This document shows, piece after piece, positions 13,783 to 26,742 of a stretch of 64,000 bases of DNA. Position 1 is the first letter of the stretch. Each line of letters starts with the position of its first letter. A model generated the notes under the pieces. The model was not told the DNA's origin. It was given only the letters and a program-made list of their open reading frames with translations, and made no database searches. The translations under genes and the position numbers were made by a program. The stretch spans positions 119,662,001 to 119,726,000 of the forward strand of contig NC_045697.1 of the NCBI RefSeq assembly GCF_009834535.1, written 5' to 3'. The DNA is from Camelus ferus (taxonomy: Eukaryota).

Positions 13783-16700
13783 TCACAGATTTGTCCATGT
13801 TAGGGAGAAGTCCGCTAATTACCTCCACAGTGCGTCTTGGGGCACTCGCTGCTTCTTGGAATTTCAGCCAATCCCCCAGAATTCATTCGCAGCCCGGCTT
13901 TGAAAACACTCAGGGCAAATAAGCTAGGGTTCTATAGGAACCCAAGTGCTGCAGACAGTTGTAGGAACATCCCCACACTCAGAGTAACAGAACAATTCTT
14001 TGAGAGTCTGATAGAGATGGGTAAACTAACTCTACGCATGTTTAAGGTTTTACAGGCGTTCTTAGGTTGTGCAAGTTCGTATAATTAACTCCACTGTCCA
14101 TGGGGAGGCCCTTGAATTTGCTTGGATTTCCAGCCCTACCCCCAGCGTTTCCTCGCAGCCCGGCCTGGGAAAATCTCAGGGAATTAAAGCTACAGGTTCT
14201 GTTAGAACAAAGTTGCTCATGAATGTTGTAAAACCTTCCCACACAAAGGAAAAGAGAACACTACCTTGTGTGTGTAATGGAGTAGGATAACACACTAAAG
14301 GCATGTTTTTGGGGTGCAGGTGTTCCCAGGATGGGAGATTTTTGCTAATTACCTCCACTGCCAATGGGGAGGCACTCAGATTTTCTTCGTTTTCCAGTCC
14401 TACTCCCAGCTTTCCCTAGCTGCACGGGTTAGGACAACACCCAGAGATGACAAACTAATTAATTCTATCAGAATCCCGGGGCTGCTGTCTGTTGCAGGAA
14501 CCTCCACACACACAGGATTCCCAAACACAGCTTTGATTGGGGATTTGTGAAACCCCACTCCACACACATGGCTTGGGGCACAAGTATTTCCCTGTTATTG
14601 AGAAGTCAGTTAATTACTTCCACAGTGTATCTTGGGGCACTCGATGCTTCTTGGCTTTTCAGCCAATTCCCCAGATTTCACTCTCAGCCCAGTCTCGGAA
14701 ATCACTCAGGGAAGGAAAGCTACAAGTTCTATTAAAACCCAGGCGATCCTGACAGTTGTAGAAACCTCAACATACTAAGGAAAACAGAATACACATTTGT
14801 GTGTGTGATGGAGTTGGAAAACACACTAAAGGCATGTTTCTGGGGTGCAGGTGTTCCCAGGATGGGAGATGTTGGCTAATTACCTACATTGCCCATGGGG
14901 AAACAATTTCTTCACTTCGATTTCCAGCCCTAAACCTAGCTTTCCCTTGCAGCCCGACCGTGGAAGACAGTCAGGGATTAAATATCTAAGACATTCTGTC
15001 AGAACCATGGAGCTGCTGTCTGTTTAAGGTACCTTCAAACACTCACGATTCAGGAACAAGGCTTTGTTGGGTGGAGTGGTGAAGCCCCACTTCACACTCA
15101 CTGCTGGGGGCACATGATTTTCCCTGTTAGGGAGAAGTCTGCTATTTACATCCATATTCCATCTAGGGGCACTCGCTGCTACTTGGCTTTCCATACAAAC
15201 CCCCAAATTTCCCTCAGTCCCCGGCCTGTTAAATACTCATGGATAATATGCTATTGTTTTTATTGGAACCCAGGAGCTACCTACCGTTGTAGGAAACATC
15301 ACACACCTAGGATAACAGAAGAAATCTTTGTGGGTCTGATGGAGATGGGTAAACAATCTCCACGCATGTTTGGGGTGGCACAGTTGTTCAAAGTCTGTGG
15401 GAAGTCGGAAAAATACCTCAAATTTTCATGGAGTGTAACTTGCTGCTTCTACGAATTTCAGCCCAACTCACAGCTTTACCTCGCAGCCAGGCCTGTGAAA
15501 ACAATCACGGAAAAGGAAACACTGGTTCTATTATATCCCAGGTGCTGTTCACAGTTGTAGAAACCTCCCCACACTAAGGATATCGGAACACATCTTTGTG
15601 TGTATGATGGTTTAGGAAAATAAACTCCAGGCATGTTTTTGGGGGTACACCTGTTCCCAGGTATGGAGATGTCGACTAATTACCGCCATTGCCAATGGGG
15701 AGGCACTCTCTACATCTTCAATTTCCAGAGCAACTCCAAAATATCCCTTGCAGCCCGGCCTAAGGAAACACCTAGATATGGCAATATTAGTGATTCTATC
15801 AGAAACCCGTCGCTGCTGTCGGTAGGAGGTTCCCAACACACTCAAAATTCTGGAACACGGCTTTGCTTGTTGGAGGTGAGGAGCCTCACAACCGACAGAT
15901 GACTGGGGGCACAGGAATTCCCTGTTTATGAGAAGTCCACTAATTACCTCTACAGTCAATCTCTAGGCACTTGTTGCTACTTGGCTTTCCAGCCTAACCC
16001 GCAGCTTTCCCTCACTACCCGCCCTGGAATACACTCAGAAGAAATATGCTAGTGGTTCTAATTGAACACAGGCACTGTAGACCATTGTAGGAACCACCGC
16101 ACACGCAGGATAACAGAACATATTTTTGTGTATGATTCAGATGGTAAAACCTCAAAGCATGTTTCAGGGGGTACAGGTATTCCTAGGATGTGGGAGGTCA
16201 GATAATTCCCACTACGGCACATGGGGAGGAAATCGCTCCTGCTTGGCTTTCCAGCCCATCCCCAGTTTCCCTTGCAACCCAGCCTGAGAGAACACTCAGA
16301 AAATGTAGCGTAATTTTAATTAGATCCCAGGCGCTGCTGACATTTGTAGAAACCTCCCAATACACAGGGTAACAGAACACGTCTTTTTATGTGTTATGAA
16401 GTAGGAAAACACACTCCATGCATGTATCTTGGGTGCAGGTTTAACCAGTTTGGGAGACGTTGGCTAATTATTTCCAGAGTCCATGGAGAGGCACTCTGTT
16501 TTTCTTCGTTTTCCAGCCCTACTCCCAGTTTTCCCTTGAATTCCGGTTTAGAAAAACAACCAGGGATGACAGACTAAGTGATTCTATCAGAACCCTGGCG
16601 CTGCTGTCTGTTGGAGGGACCTCCAAACACACAGGATTCTGAAACACGGCTTTGCTTGGGTGAGTTATGAAGCCCCACACCACACACATGGCTGGGGGCA

Positions 16701-18018
16701 CAAGTTTTTCCCTGTTATTGAGACGTCCGCTAATTACCTCTACAGTCAATCCCTAGGCACTTGTTGCTTCTTGGCTTTCCAGCCGAACCCCCAGATTTCC
16801 CTTGCAGCCCGCTCTGGAAGACACTCAGTAGAAATATGCTAGTGGTTCTAATGTAACACAGGCACTGCAGACCGTTGTAGGAACCATCGCACACGCATGA
16901 TAACAAAACATATTTTTGTGTCTGATTGAGATGGTAAAATCTACACGCATGTTTCAGGGTGTACATGTATTCCTAGGTTGTGGGAAGTCAGATATTTCCC
17001 AATAGAGCCCATGGGGAGAAATCGCTCCTGCTTGGCTTTCCAGCTCATCCCCAGTTTCCCTTGCAACCCAGCCTGAGAGAACACTCAGAAAATGTTGCTT
17101 AATTTTTAATTAGAACCCAGGCGCTGCTGACAGTTGTAGAAACCTCCCAATACACAGCGTAACAGAACACTTCTTTGTGTGTGTTATGTAGTAGGAAAAC
17201 ACACTCCATGCATGTATCAAGGGTGCAGGTTTAACCAGGTTGGCAGACGTTGGCTAATTATCTCCAGAGTCCATGGGGAGGCACTCTGTTTTTCTTCATT
17301 TTCCAGCCCTACTCCCAGATTTCCCTTGAAGCCCGGGTTAGGAAAACACCCAGGGATGACAGACTAAATACTTCTATCAGAACCCTGGCTCTGCTGTCTG
17401 TTGAAGGGACTTCGAAACACACAGGATTCCCAAACATGGCTTTGCTTGTGTGAGTTTTGAAGCCCCACAGCATACACATGGCTGGGGGCACAAGTTTATC
17501 CCTGTTAGGGAGAAGTCCACTAATTCTCTCTACAGTCCTTCTCGGGGCACTCCCTGCTACTTGGATTTCCAGCCCAACCCCCAGGTTTCCCTTGCAGCCC
17601 GGCATGGGGTAACACACAGGTAAAAGAACAACTGGTGCTATAAGAACCCATTCGCTGCTGACAATTGTGGAAACTTTCGAACACTCAGGATAACAGAACA
17701 AATCTTTCTGTGTGGGATGGGGTATAAAAACACACGCCAGGCATTTTTTGGGTATCCAGGTTTTCCCAGGTTGGGAGATGTCGGCTACATTCCTTCGCTG
17801 CTCATGGGGAGTCACTGTATTCTTCTTCGTATTCAAGCCCAACTCCCAGCTTTACCTTGTAGCCTGGACTAGTGAAACACCCAGGGATGAAAAATAAATG
17901 ATTCTATCAGTACCCAGGCGTTGCTGTCTTTTGGAGGATCCTCCAAACCCTCAGGATTCTGGAACAAGTCTTTGCATGTTGGGAGATGTGGAGCCCCAAT
18001 CCACGCAGAAGGATGGGG
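13783..18018. repeat. 16-monomer HOR variant (13-mer plus one extra I-J-K)
   Basis: Length 4236 bp; I-type starts (CTAATTACCTCTACAGTCAAT) at ~15938 and ~16728. Confidence 0.9.
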
Positions 18019-21000
18019 TCACAGATTTGTCCCTTTTAGGGAGAAGTCCGCTAATTACTTCCACAATGCATCTTGGGGCACTCGCTGCTTCTTGGCTTTT
18101 CAGCCAGTCCCCCAGTATTCACTCGCAGCCCGGATTTTGTATAAACTCAGGGCAATTAAGCTAAGTTTCTACAGGAACCCATGTGCTTCAGAAAGTTGTA
18201 GGAATCTCCCCACACTCAGGATAAAAGAACAATCCTTTGAGTGTCTGATAGAGCTGGGTAAACTTACTCCACGCTTGTTTCTGGTGGTACAGGCGTTCTT
18301 AGGTTGTGGAAATTCGTATAATTACCTCCACAGTCCATGGGGAGGCCCTTGCAGTTGCTTGGATTTCCAGCCCTACCCCCAGCGTTTCCTCGCAGCCCGG
18401 CCTGGGAAAAACTCAGGGAATAAAAGCTACAGGTTCTTTTAGAACAAAGTTGCTCCTGAAAGTTGTAGAAACCTCCCCACACTAAGGAAAAAGAACACTA
18501 CATTGTGTGTGTGATGGAGTAGGAAAAAACACTAAAGGCATGTTTCTGGGGTGCAGGTGATCCCAGGATGGGAGATGTTGGCTAATTACCTCCACTGTCC
18601 ATGGTGAGGCACTCTGATTTTCTTAATTTTCCAGCCCTACTCCCAGCATTCCCTTGCTGCACGGGTTAGGAATACACCCAGGGATTACAAACTAAATAAT
18701 TCTATCAGAACCCCGGCGCTGCTATCGGTTGCAGGAACCTCCACACACACAGGATTCCCAAAACCGTCTTTGAATGTGGAGTTGTGAAGCCCCAATCCAC
18801 ACACATGGCTGGGGGCACAAGTATTTCCCTGTTATTGAGAAGTCATTTAATTACCTCCACAGTGCATCTTGGGGCACTCGCTGCTTCTTGGCTTTTCAGA
18901 CAATTCCCCAGATTTCACTCTCAGCCCGGTCTTGGAAAACACTCAGGGAAGGAAAGCTACAATTTCTATTAGAACCCAGGCGATCCTGACAGTTGTAGAA
19001 AACTCAACATACTAAGGAAAATAGAATACACATTTTTGTGTGTAATGGAGTAGGAAAAAACACTAAAGGCATGTTTCTGGGGTGCAGGTGTTCCCAGGAT
19101 GGGAGATGTTGGCTAATTAACTCCACTGCCCATGGGGAAGCACTCTCTTCACTTTGATTTCCAGCCCTAATCCTAGCATTCCCTTGCAGTCCGACCATGG
19201 TAACACCCAGGGATTATAAATCTAAGACATTCTGTCAGAACCAGGGCGCTGCTGTCTGTTGGAGGAACCTCCAAACACTCACGATTTCGGAAAAAGACTT
19301 TGTTGGGTGGAGTGGTGAAGCCCCACTGCACACTCACTCCTCGGGGCACATGATTTTCCCTGTTAGGGAGAAGTCTGCTAATTAAATCCATAGCCCATCT
19401 AAGGGCACTCACTGCTACTTGGCTTTCCATACCAACCCCCAGTTTTCCCTCACAGCCCGGCCTGGGTAAACACTCAAAGATAATATGCTATTTGTTGTAT
19501 TGGAATCCAGTCGCTACCTACAGTTGTAGGAAACATCCCACACCTAGGATAACAGAAGAAATCATTGTGGGTCTGAGGGAGATGGGTAAACAATCTCCAC
19601 GCATGTTTTGCGGGGCACAGGTGTTCCAAGGCGTTGGGACTTCGGAAAAATACCTCAAATATTCATGGGGTGTAACTTGCTGCTTCTAAGAATTTCAGCC
19701 CAACCCACAGATTTACCTCGCAGCCAGGCCTGTGAAAACAATAACGGAAAAGGAAATAGTGCTGCTTTTTATCCCAGGCGCTATACATAGTTGTAGAAAC
19801 CTCACCACAATCAGGATAGCGGAACACATCTTTGTGTATGATGGTTAAGAAAATACCCTCCAGGCATGTATCTTGGGGTACAGCTGTTCCCATGTTTGAA
19901 GATGTTGCCTAATTACCTCCACTGCCAATGGAGAGTCAGTCTCTACTACTTCGCTTTCCAGACCAACTCCCAAATATCCCTTGCAGCCTGGCCTAAGAAA
20001 ACACCTAGATATGACAATATTATTGATTCTATCAGAACCCCGTCGCTGCTGTCGGTTGGAGGTACCCAACACACTCAAAATTCCGGAACACGGCTTTGAT
20101 TGGGGGAGGTGTGGAGCCCCACACCACACAGATGCCTGGGGGCACAGGAATTCCCAGTTTATGAGAAGTCCGCTATTTACCTCTACAATCAATCTCTAGG
20201 CACTTGTTGCTACTTGGCTTTCCAGCCGAACCCCCAGCTTTCCCTCGCAGCACGCCCTGGAAGACACTTAGAGAAATAAGCTGGTGGTACTAATGGAACA
20301 CAGGCACTGTAGACCGTTGTAGGAACCACCGCAAACGCAGGATAACAGAACATATTTTTATGTCTGATTGAGAAGGTAAAACCTCCATGCATGTTTCAGG
20401 GGGTACAGGTATTCCTAGGCTGTGGGAGGTCAGATAATTCCCACTACTGCCCATGGGGAGGAAATCGCTCTTGCTTGGCTTTCCAGCCCATCACCAGTTT
20501 CCCTTGCAACCCAGCCTGAGAGAACACTCAGAAAATGTAGCTGAATTTTTAATTAGAACCCAGGCGCTGCTGACAGTTGTAGAAACCTCCCAATACAGAG
20601 GGTAACAGAACACTTCTTTGTGTGTGTTATATAGTAGGAAAACACACTCCATGCATGTTTCTGGGGTGCAGGTTTAACCAGGTTGGGAGACGTTGGCTAA
20701 TTATCTCTAGAGTCCATGGGGAGGCACTCAGTTTTTCTTCGTTTTCCAGACTTACTCCCAGCTTTCCCTTGCAGCCTGGGTAAGGAAAACACCCAGGGAT
20801 GACAGACTAAGTGATTCTATCAGAACCCTGGCGCTGCTGTCTGTTGGAGGGGCTTCCAAACACACAGGATTCCCAAATACGGCTTTGCTTGGATGAGTTG
20901 TGAAGCCCCACATCACACACATGGCTGGGGGCACAAGTTTTTCCCTGTTATTGAGACTTCTGCTAATTACCTCTACAGTCAATCTCTAAGCACTTGTTTC

Positions 21001-23040
21001 TACTTGTCTTTCCAGGATAACCCCCAGATTTCCGTCGCAGCCCCCCCTGGAAAACACTCAGAAGAAATATGCTAGTGGTTCTAATTGAACACAGGCACTG
21101 CAGACCATTGTAGGAACCACCGCACACGCAGGATAACAGAACATATTTTTGTGTCTCATTGAGATGGTAAAACCTCCACGCATGTTCCAGGGGGTACAGG
21201 TATTCCTAGGTTGTGGGAGGTCAGATAATTCCCACTACTGCCCATGGGGAGAAAATCGCTCCTGCTTGGCTTTCCAGCCCATCCCCAGTTTCCCTTGCAA
21301 CCCAGACTGAGAGAATACTCAGAAAATCTAGCGTAATTTTTAATTAGAACCCAGGCGCTGCTGACAGTTGTAGAAACCTCCCAATACACAGGGTAACAGA
21401 ACACTCCTTTGTGTGTGTTTTGTAGTAGGAAAACACACTCCATGCATGTTTATTGGGTGCAGGTTTAACCTGGTTGTGAGACGTTGGCTTATTATCTCAA
21501 GAGTCCATGGGGAGGCACTCTGTTTTTCTTCGTTTTCCAGGCCTTCTCCCAGTTTACCCTTGCAGCCTGGGTAAGGAAAACACCCAGGGATGACAGACTA
21601 AGTGATTCTATCAGAACCCTGACACTGCTGTCTGTTGGAGGGAATTCCAAACACACAGGATTCCCAAAAACGGCTTTGCTTTGGTGAGTTATGAATCCCC
21701 ACACCACACACATGGCTGGGGGCACAAGTCTTTCCCCGTTATTGAGACGTCCGCTAATTACCACTACAGTCAATCTAGGCAATTGTTTCTAATTGGCTTT
21801 CCAGCCTAACCCCCAGCTTTCCGTTGCAGCCCGCCCTGGAAACACTCAGAAGAAATATGCTAGTGGTTCTAATTGAACACAGGCACTGCAGACCATTGTA
21901 GGAACCACCGCAACCGCAGGATAACAGAACATATTTTTGTGTCTGTTTGAGATGGTAAAACCTCCACGCATGTTACAGGGGGTACAGGTATTCCTAGGTT
22001 GTGGGAGGTCAGATAATTCCCACTACTGCCCATGGGGAGAAAATCGCTCCTGCTTGGCTTTCCAGCCCATCCCCAGTTTGCCTGGCAACCCAGCCTGAGG
22101 GAACACTCAGAAAATATAGCTAAAATTTTAATTAGAACCCAAGCGCTGCTGACAGTTGTAGAAACCTCCCAATACACAGGGTAACAGAACACTTCTTTGT
22201 GTGTGTTATGTAGTAGGAAAACACACTCCATGAATGTTTCTGGGGTGCAGGTTTAACCAGGTTGGGAGACGTTGGCTAATTATCTCCAGAGTCCATGGGA
22301 GGCACTCGGTTTTTCTTCGCTTTCCAGCCCTACTCCCAGCTTTCTCTTGAAGCCCGGGTTAGGAAAACACCCAGGGACGACAGACCAAGTGATTCTATAA
22401 GAACCCTGGCGCAGCTGTCTGTTGGAGGGACCTCCAAACACACAGGATTCCCAAACACGGCTTTGCTTTTGTGAGTTGTGGAGCCCCACAACACATACAT
22501 GGCTTTGGGCACAAGTTTTTCCCTGTTAGGGAAAAGTCCACTAATTCCCTCTACAGTCAATCTAGGGGCACTCAGTGCTACTTGGATTTCCAGCCCAACC
22601 CCCAGGTTTCCATTACAGCCCGGCCAGGGGTAACACACAGGGGAAAGAACTACTGGTGCTATAAGAACCCATGCGCTGCTGACAATTGTGGAAAACTTCG
22701 AACACTCAGGATAACAGAACAAATCTTTCTGTGTGTGATGGAGTAGGAAAACACACGCCAGGCATTTTTTTGGGTATCCAGGTTTTCCCAGGTTGGGAGA
22801 TGTCGGCTAGATTCCTTCGCTGCTCATGGGGAATCACTGACTTCTTCTTCGTATTCAAGCCCAACTCCCAACTTTCCCTTGTAGCCTGGACTAGTGAAAC
22901 ACCCAGGGATGAAAAATAAATGATTCTATCAGTACCCCGGCGTTGCTGTCTGTTGGAGGATCCTCCAAACCCTCAGGAATCTGGAACAAGTCTTTGCATG
23001 TTGGGAGTTGTGAAGCCCCATTCCACGCAGAAGGATGGGG
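18019..23040. repeat. 19-monomer HOR variant (13-mer plus two extra I-J-K)
   Basis: Length 5022 bp; I-type starts at ~20171, 20962, 21752; last unit containing C-D (~18581-19110). Confidence 0.9.
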
Positions 23041-26000
23041 TCACAGATTTGTCCCTGTTAGGGAGAAGTCCGCTAATTACCTCCACAGTGCATCTTGGGG
23101 CACTCGCTGCTTCTTGGCTATTCAGTCAATCCCCCAGATTTCACTCGCAGCCCGGCCTTTGAAATCACTCAGGGCATTTAAGCTAAGGTTCTACAGGAAC
23201 CCATGTGCCTCAGAGAGTTGTAGGAACCTCCCCACAGTCAGGATAAAGGAACAATTCGTTGAGTGTCTGATAGAGATGGGTAAACTAACTCCACGCATGT
23301 TTCAGGTGGGACAGGCGTTCTTAGGTTGTGGAAATTCGTATAATTACCTCCACAGTCCATGGGGAGGCCCTTGCAGTTGCTTGGATTTCCAGCCCTACCC
23401 CCAGCGTTTCCTCGCAGCCCGGCCTTGGAAAATCTCAGGGAATTAAACTACAGGTTCTGTTAGAACAAAGTTGCTCCTGAAAGTTGTAGAAACCTCCTCA
23501 CACTAAGGAAAAAGAACACTACTTTGTGTGTGTGATGGAGTAGGAAAAAACACTAAAGGCATGTTTCTGGGGTGCAGGTGTTCCCAGGATGGGAGATGTT
23601 GGCTAATTATCTTCACTGCCCAAGGGGAAGCACTCTCTTCACTTCGATTTCCAGCCCTAATCCTAGCATTCCCTTGCAGTCCGACCGTGCTAACACCCAG
23701 GGATTATAAATCTAAGACATTCTGTCAGAACCAGGGCGCTGCTGTCTGTTGGAGGAACATCCAAACACTCACGATTCAAGAAAAAGGCTTTCTTGGGGGG
23801 AGTGGTGAAGCCCCACTCCACACACACTCCTCGGCGCACATGATTTCCCCTGTTAGGGAGAAGTCTGCTAATTAAATCCATAGCCCATCTAAGGGCACTC
23901 ACTGCTACTTGGATTTCCATACCAACCCCCAGTTTTCCCTCACAGCCCGGCCTGGGTAAACACTCAAAGATAATATGCTATTTGTTGTATTGGAATCCAG
24001 TCGCTACCTACCGTTTTAGGAAACACCCCACACCTAGGATAACAGAAGAAATCATTGTGGGTCTGAGGGAGATGGGTAAACAATCTCCACGCATGTTTTG
24101 CGGGGCACAGGTGTTCCAAGGCGTTGGGACTTCGGAAAAATACCTCAAATATTCATGGGGAGTAACTTGCTGCTTCTAAGAATTTCAGCCCAACCCACAG
24201 ATTTACCTCGCAGCCAGGCCTGTGAAAACAATAACGGAAAAGGAAATAGTGCTGCTTTATATCCCAGGCGCTGTTCATAGTTGTAGAAACCTCCCCACAC
24301 TCAGGATAGCGGAACACTTCTTTGTGTATGATGGTTAAGAAAATACCCTCCAGGCATGATTCTGGGGGTACAGCTGTTCCCATGTTTGAAGATGTTGCCT
24401 AATTACCTCCACTGCCAATGGAGAGTCACTCTCTACTACTTCGCTTTCCAGACCAACTCCCAAATATCCCTTGCAGCCTGGCCTAAGAAAACACCTAGAT
24501 ATGACAATATTATTGATTCTATCAGAACCCCGTCGCTGCTGTCGGTTGGAGGTACCCAACACACTCAAAATTCCGGAACACGGCTTTGATTGGGGGAGGT
24601 GTGGAGCCCCACACCACACAGATGCCTGGGGGCACAGGAATTCCCAGTTTATGAGAAGTCCGCTATTTACCTCTACAGTCAATCTCTAGGCACTTGTTGC
24701 TACTTGGCTTTCTAGCCGAACCCCCAGCTTTCCCTCGCAGCACGCCCTGGAAGACACTCAGTGAAATAAGCTGGTGGTACTAATGGAACACAGGCACTGA
24801 AGACCGTTGTAGGAACCACCGCACACGCAGGATAACAGAACATATTTTTATGTCTGATTGAGATGGTAAAACCTCCATGCATGTTTCAGGGGGTACAGGT
24901 ATTCCTAGGCTGTGGGAGTTCAGATAATTCCCACTACGGCCCATGGGGAGGAAATCGCTCCTGCTTGGCTTTCCAGCCCATCACCAGTTTCCCTTGCAAC
25001 CCAGCCTGAGAGAACACTCAGAAACTGTAGCGTAATTTTTAATTAGAACCCAGGCGCTGCTGACAGTTGTAGAAATCTCCCAATACAGAGGGTAACAGAA
25101 CACTTCTTTGTGTGTGTTATGTAGTAGGAAAACACACTCCATGCATGTTTCTGGGGTGCAGGTTTAACCAGGTTGGGAGACGTTGGCTAATAATCTCAAG
25201 AGTCCATGGGAAGGCACTCAGTTTTTCTTCGTTTTCCAGGCCTACTCCCAGTTTTCCCTTGCAGCCTGGGTAAGGAAAACACCCAGGGATGACAGACTAA
25301 GTGATTCTATCAGAACCCTGGCGCTGCTGTCTATTGGAGGGACTTCCAAACACACAGGATTCCCAAAAACGGCTTTGCTTTTGTGAGTTGTGAATCCCCA
25401 CACCACAGACATGCCTGGGGGTACAAGTTTTTCCCTGTTATTGAGACTTCCGCTAATTACCTCTACAGTCAATCTCTAGGCAATTGTTTCTACTTGGCTT
25501 TCCAGCCTAACCCCCAGCTTTCCGTCGCAGCCCGCCCTGGAAAACACTCAGAAGAAATATGCTAGTGGTTCTAATTGAACACAGGCACTGCAGACCATTG
25601 TAGGAACCACAGCAACCGCAGGATAACAGAACATATTTTTCTGTCTGTTTGAGATGGTAAAACCTCCACGCATGTTTCAGGGGGTACAGGTATTTCTAGG
25701 ATGTGGGAGGTCAGATAATTCCCACTACTGCCCATGGGGAGGAAATCGCTCCTGCTTGGCATTCCAGCCCATCCCCAGTTTCCCTTGCAACCCAGCCTGA
25801 GAGAACACTCAGAAAATGTAGCTAAAATTTTTATTATAACCCAGGCGCTGCTGACAGTTGTAGAAACCTCCCAATACACAGGGTAACAGAACACTTCTTT
25901 GTATGTGTTATGTAGTAGGAAAACACACTCCATGCAGTTTCTGGGGTGCAGATTTAACCAGGTTGGGAGACGTTGGCTAATTATCTCCAGAGTCCATGGG

Positions 26001-26742
26001 AGGCACTCTGTTTTTCTTCGTTTTCCAGCCCTACTCCCAGCTTTCCCTTGCAGCCCAGATTAGGAAAACACCCAGGGATGACAGACTAATTGATTCTATA
26101 AGAACCCTGGCGCTGCTGTTTGTTGGAGAGACCTCCAAACACACAGGATTCCCAAACACGGCTTTGCTTGGGTGAGTTGTGAAGCCCCACAACACACACA
26201 TGGCTGGGGGCACAAGTTTTTCCCTGTTAGGGAGAAGTCCACTAATTCCCTCTACAGTCCATCTCGTGGCACTCCCTGCTACTTGGAATTCCAGCCCAAC
26301 CCCCAGGTTTCCCTTGCAGCCCGGCCTGGGGTAACACACAGCGAAAAGAACTACTGGTGCTATAAGAACCCATGCGCTGCTGAAAATTGTGGAAACCTTC
26401 GAACACTCTGGAAAACAGAACAAATCTTTCTGTGTGTGATGGAGTAGGAAAACACACGCCAGGCATTTTTTTTGGGGATCCAGGTTTTCCCAGGTTGGGA
26501 GATGTCGGCTAGATTCCTTCGCTGCTCATGGGGAATCACTGACTTCTTCTTCGTTTTCAAGCCCAACTCCCAAATTTCCCTTGTAGCCCGGACTAGTGAA
26601 ACACCCAGGGATGAAAAATAAATGATTCTATCAGTACCCCGGCGTTGCTGTCTGTTGTAGGGTCCTCCAAACACTCAGGATTCTGGAACAAGTCTTTGCA
26701 TGTTGGGAGTTGTGGAGCCCCAATCCACGCAGAAGGATGGGG
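23041..26742. repeat. 14-monomer HOR variant (no C-D; two I-J-K)
   Basis: Length 3702 bp; B is followed directly by E at ~23601; I at ~24661 and ~25451. Confidence 0.9.
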
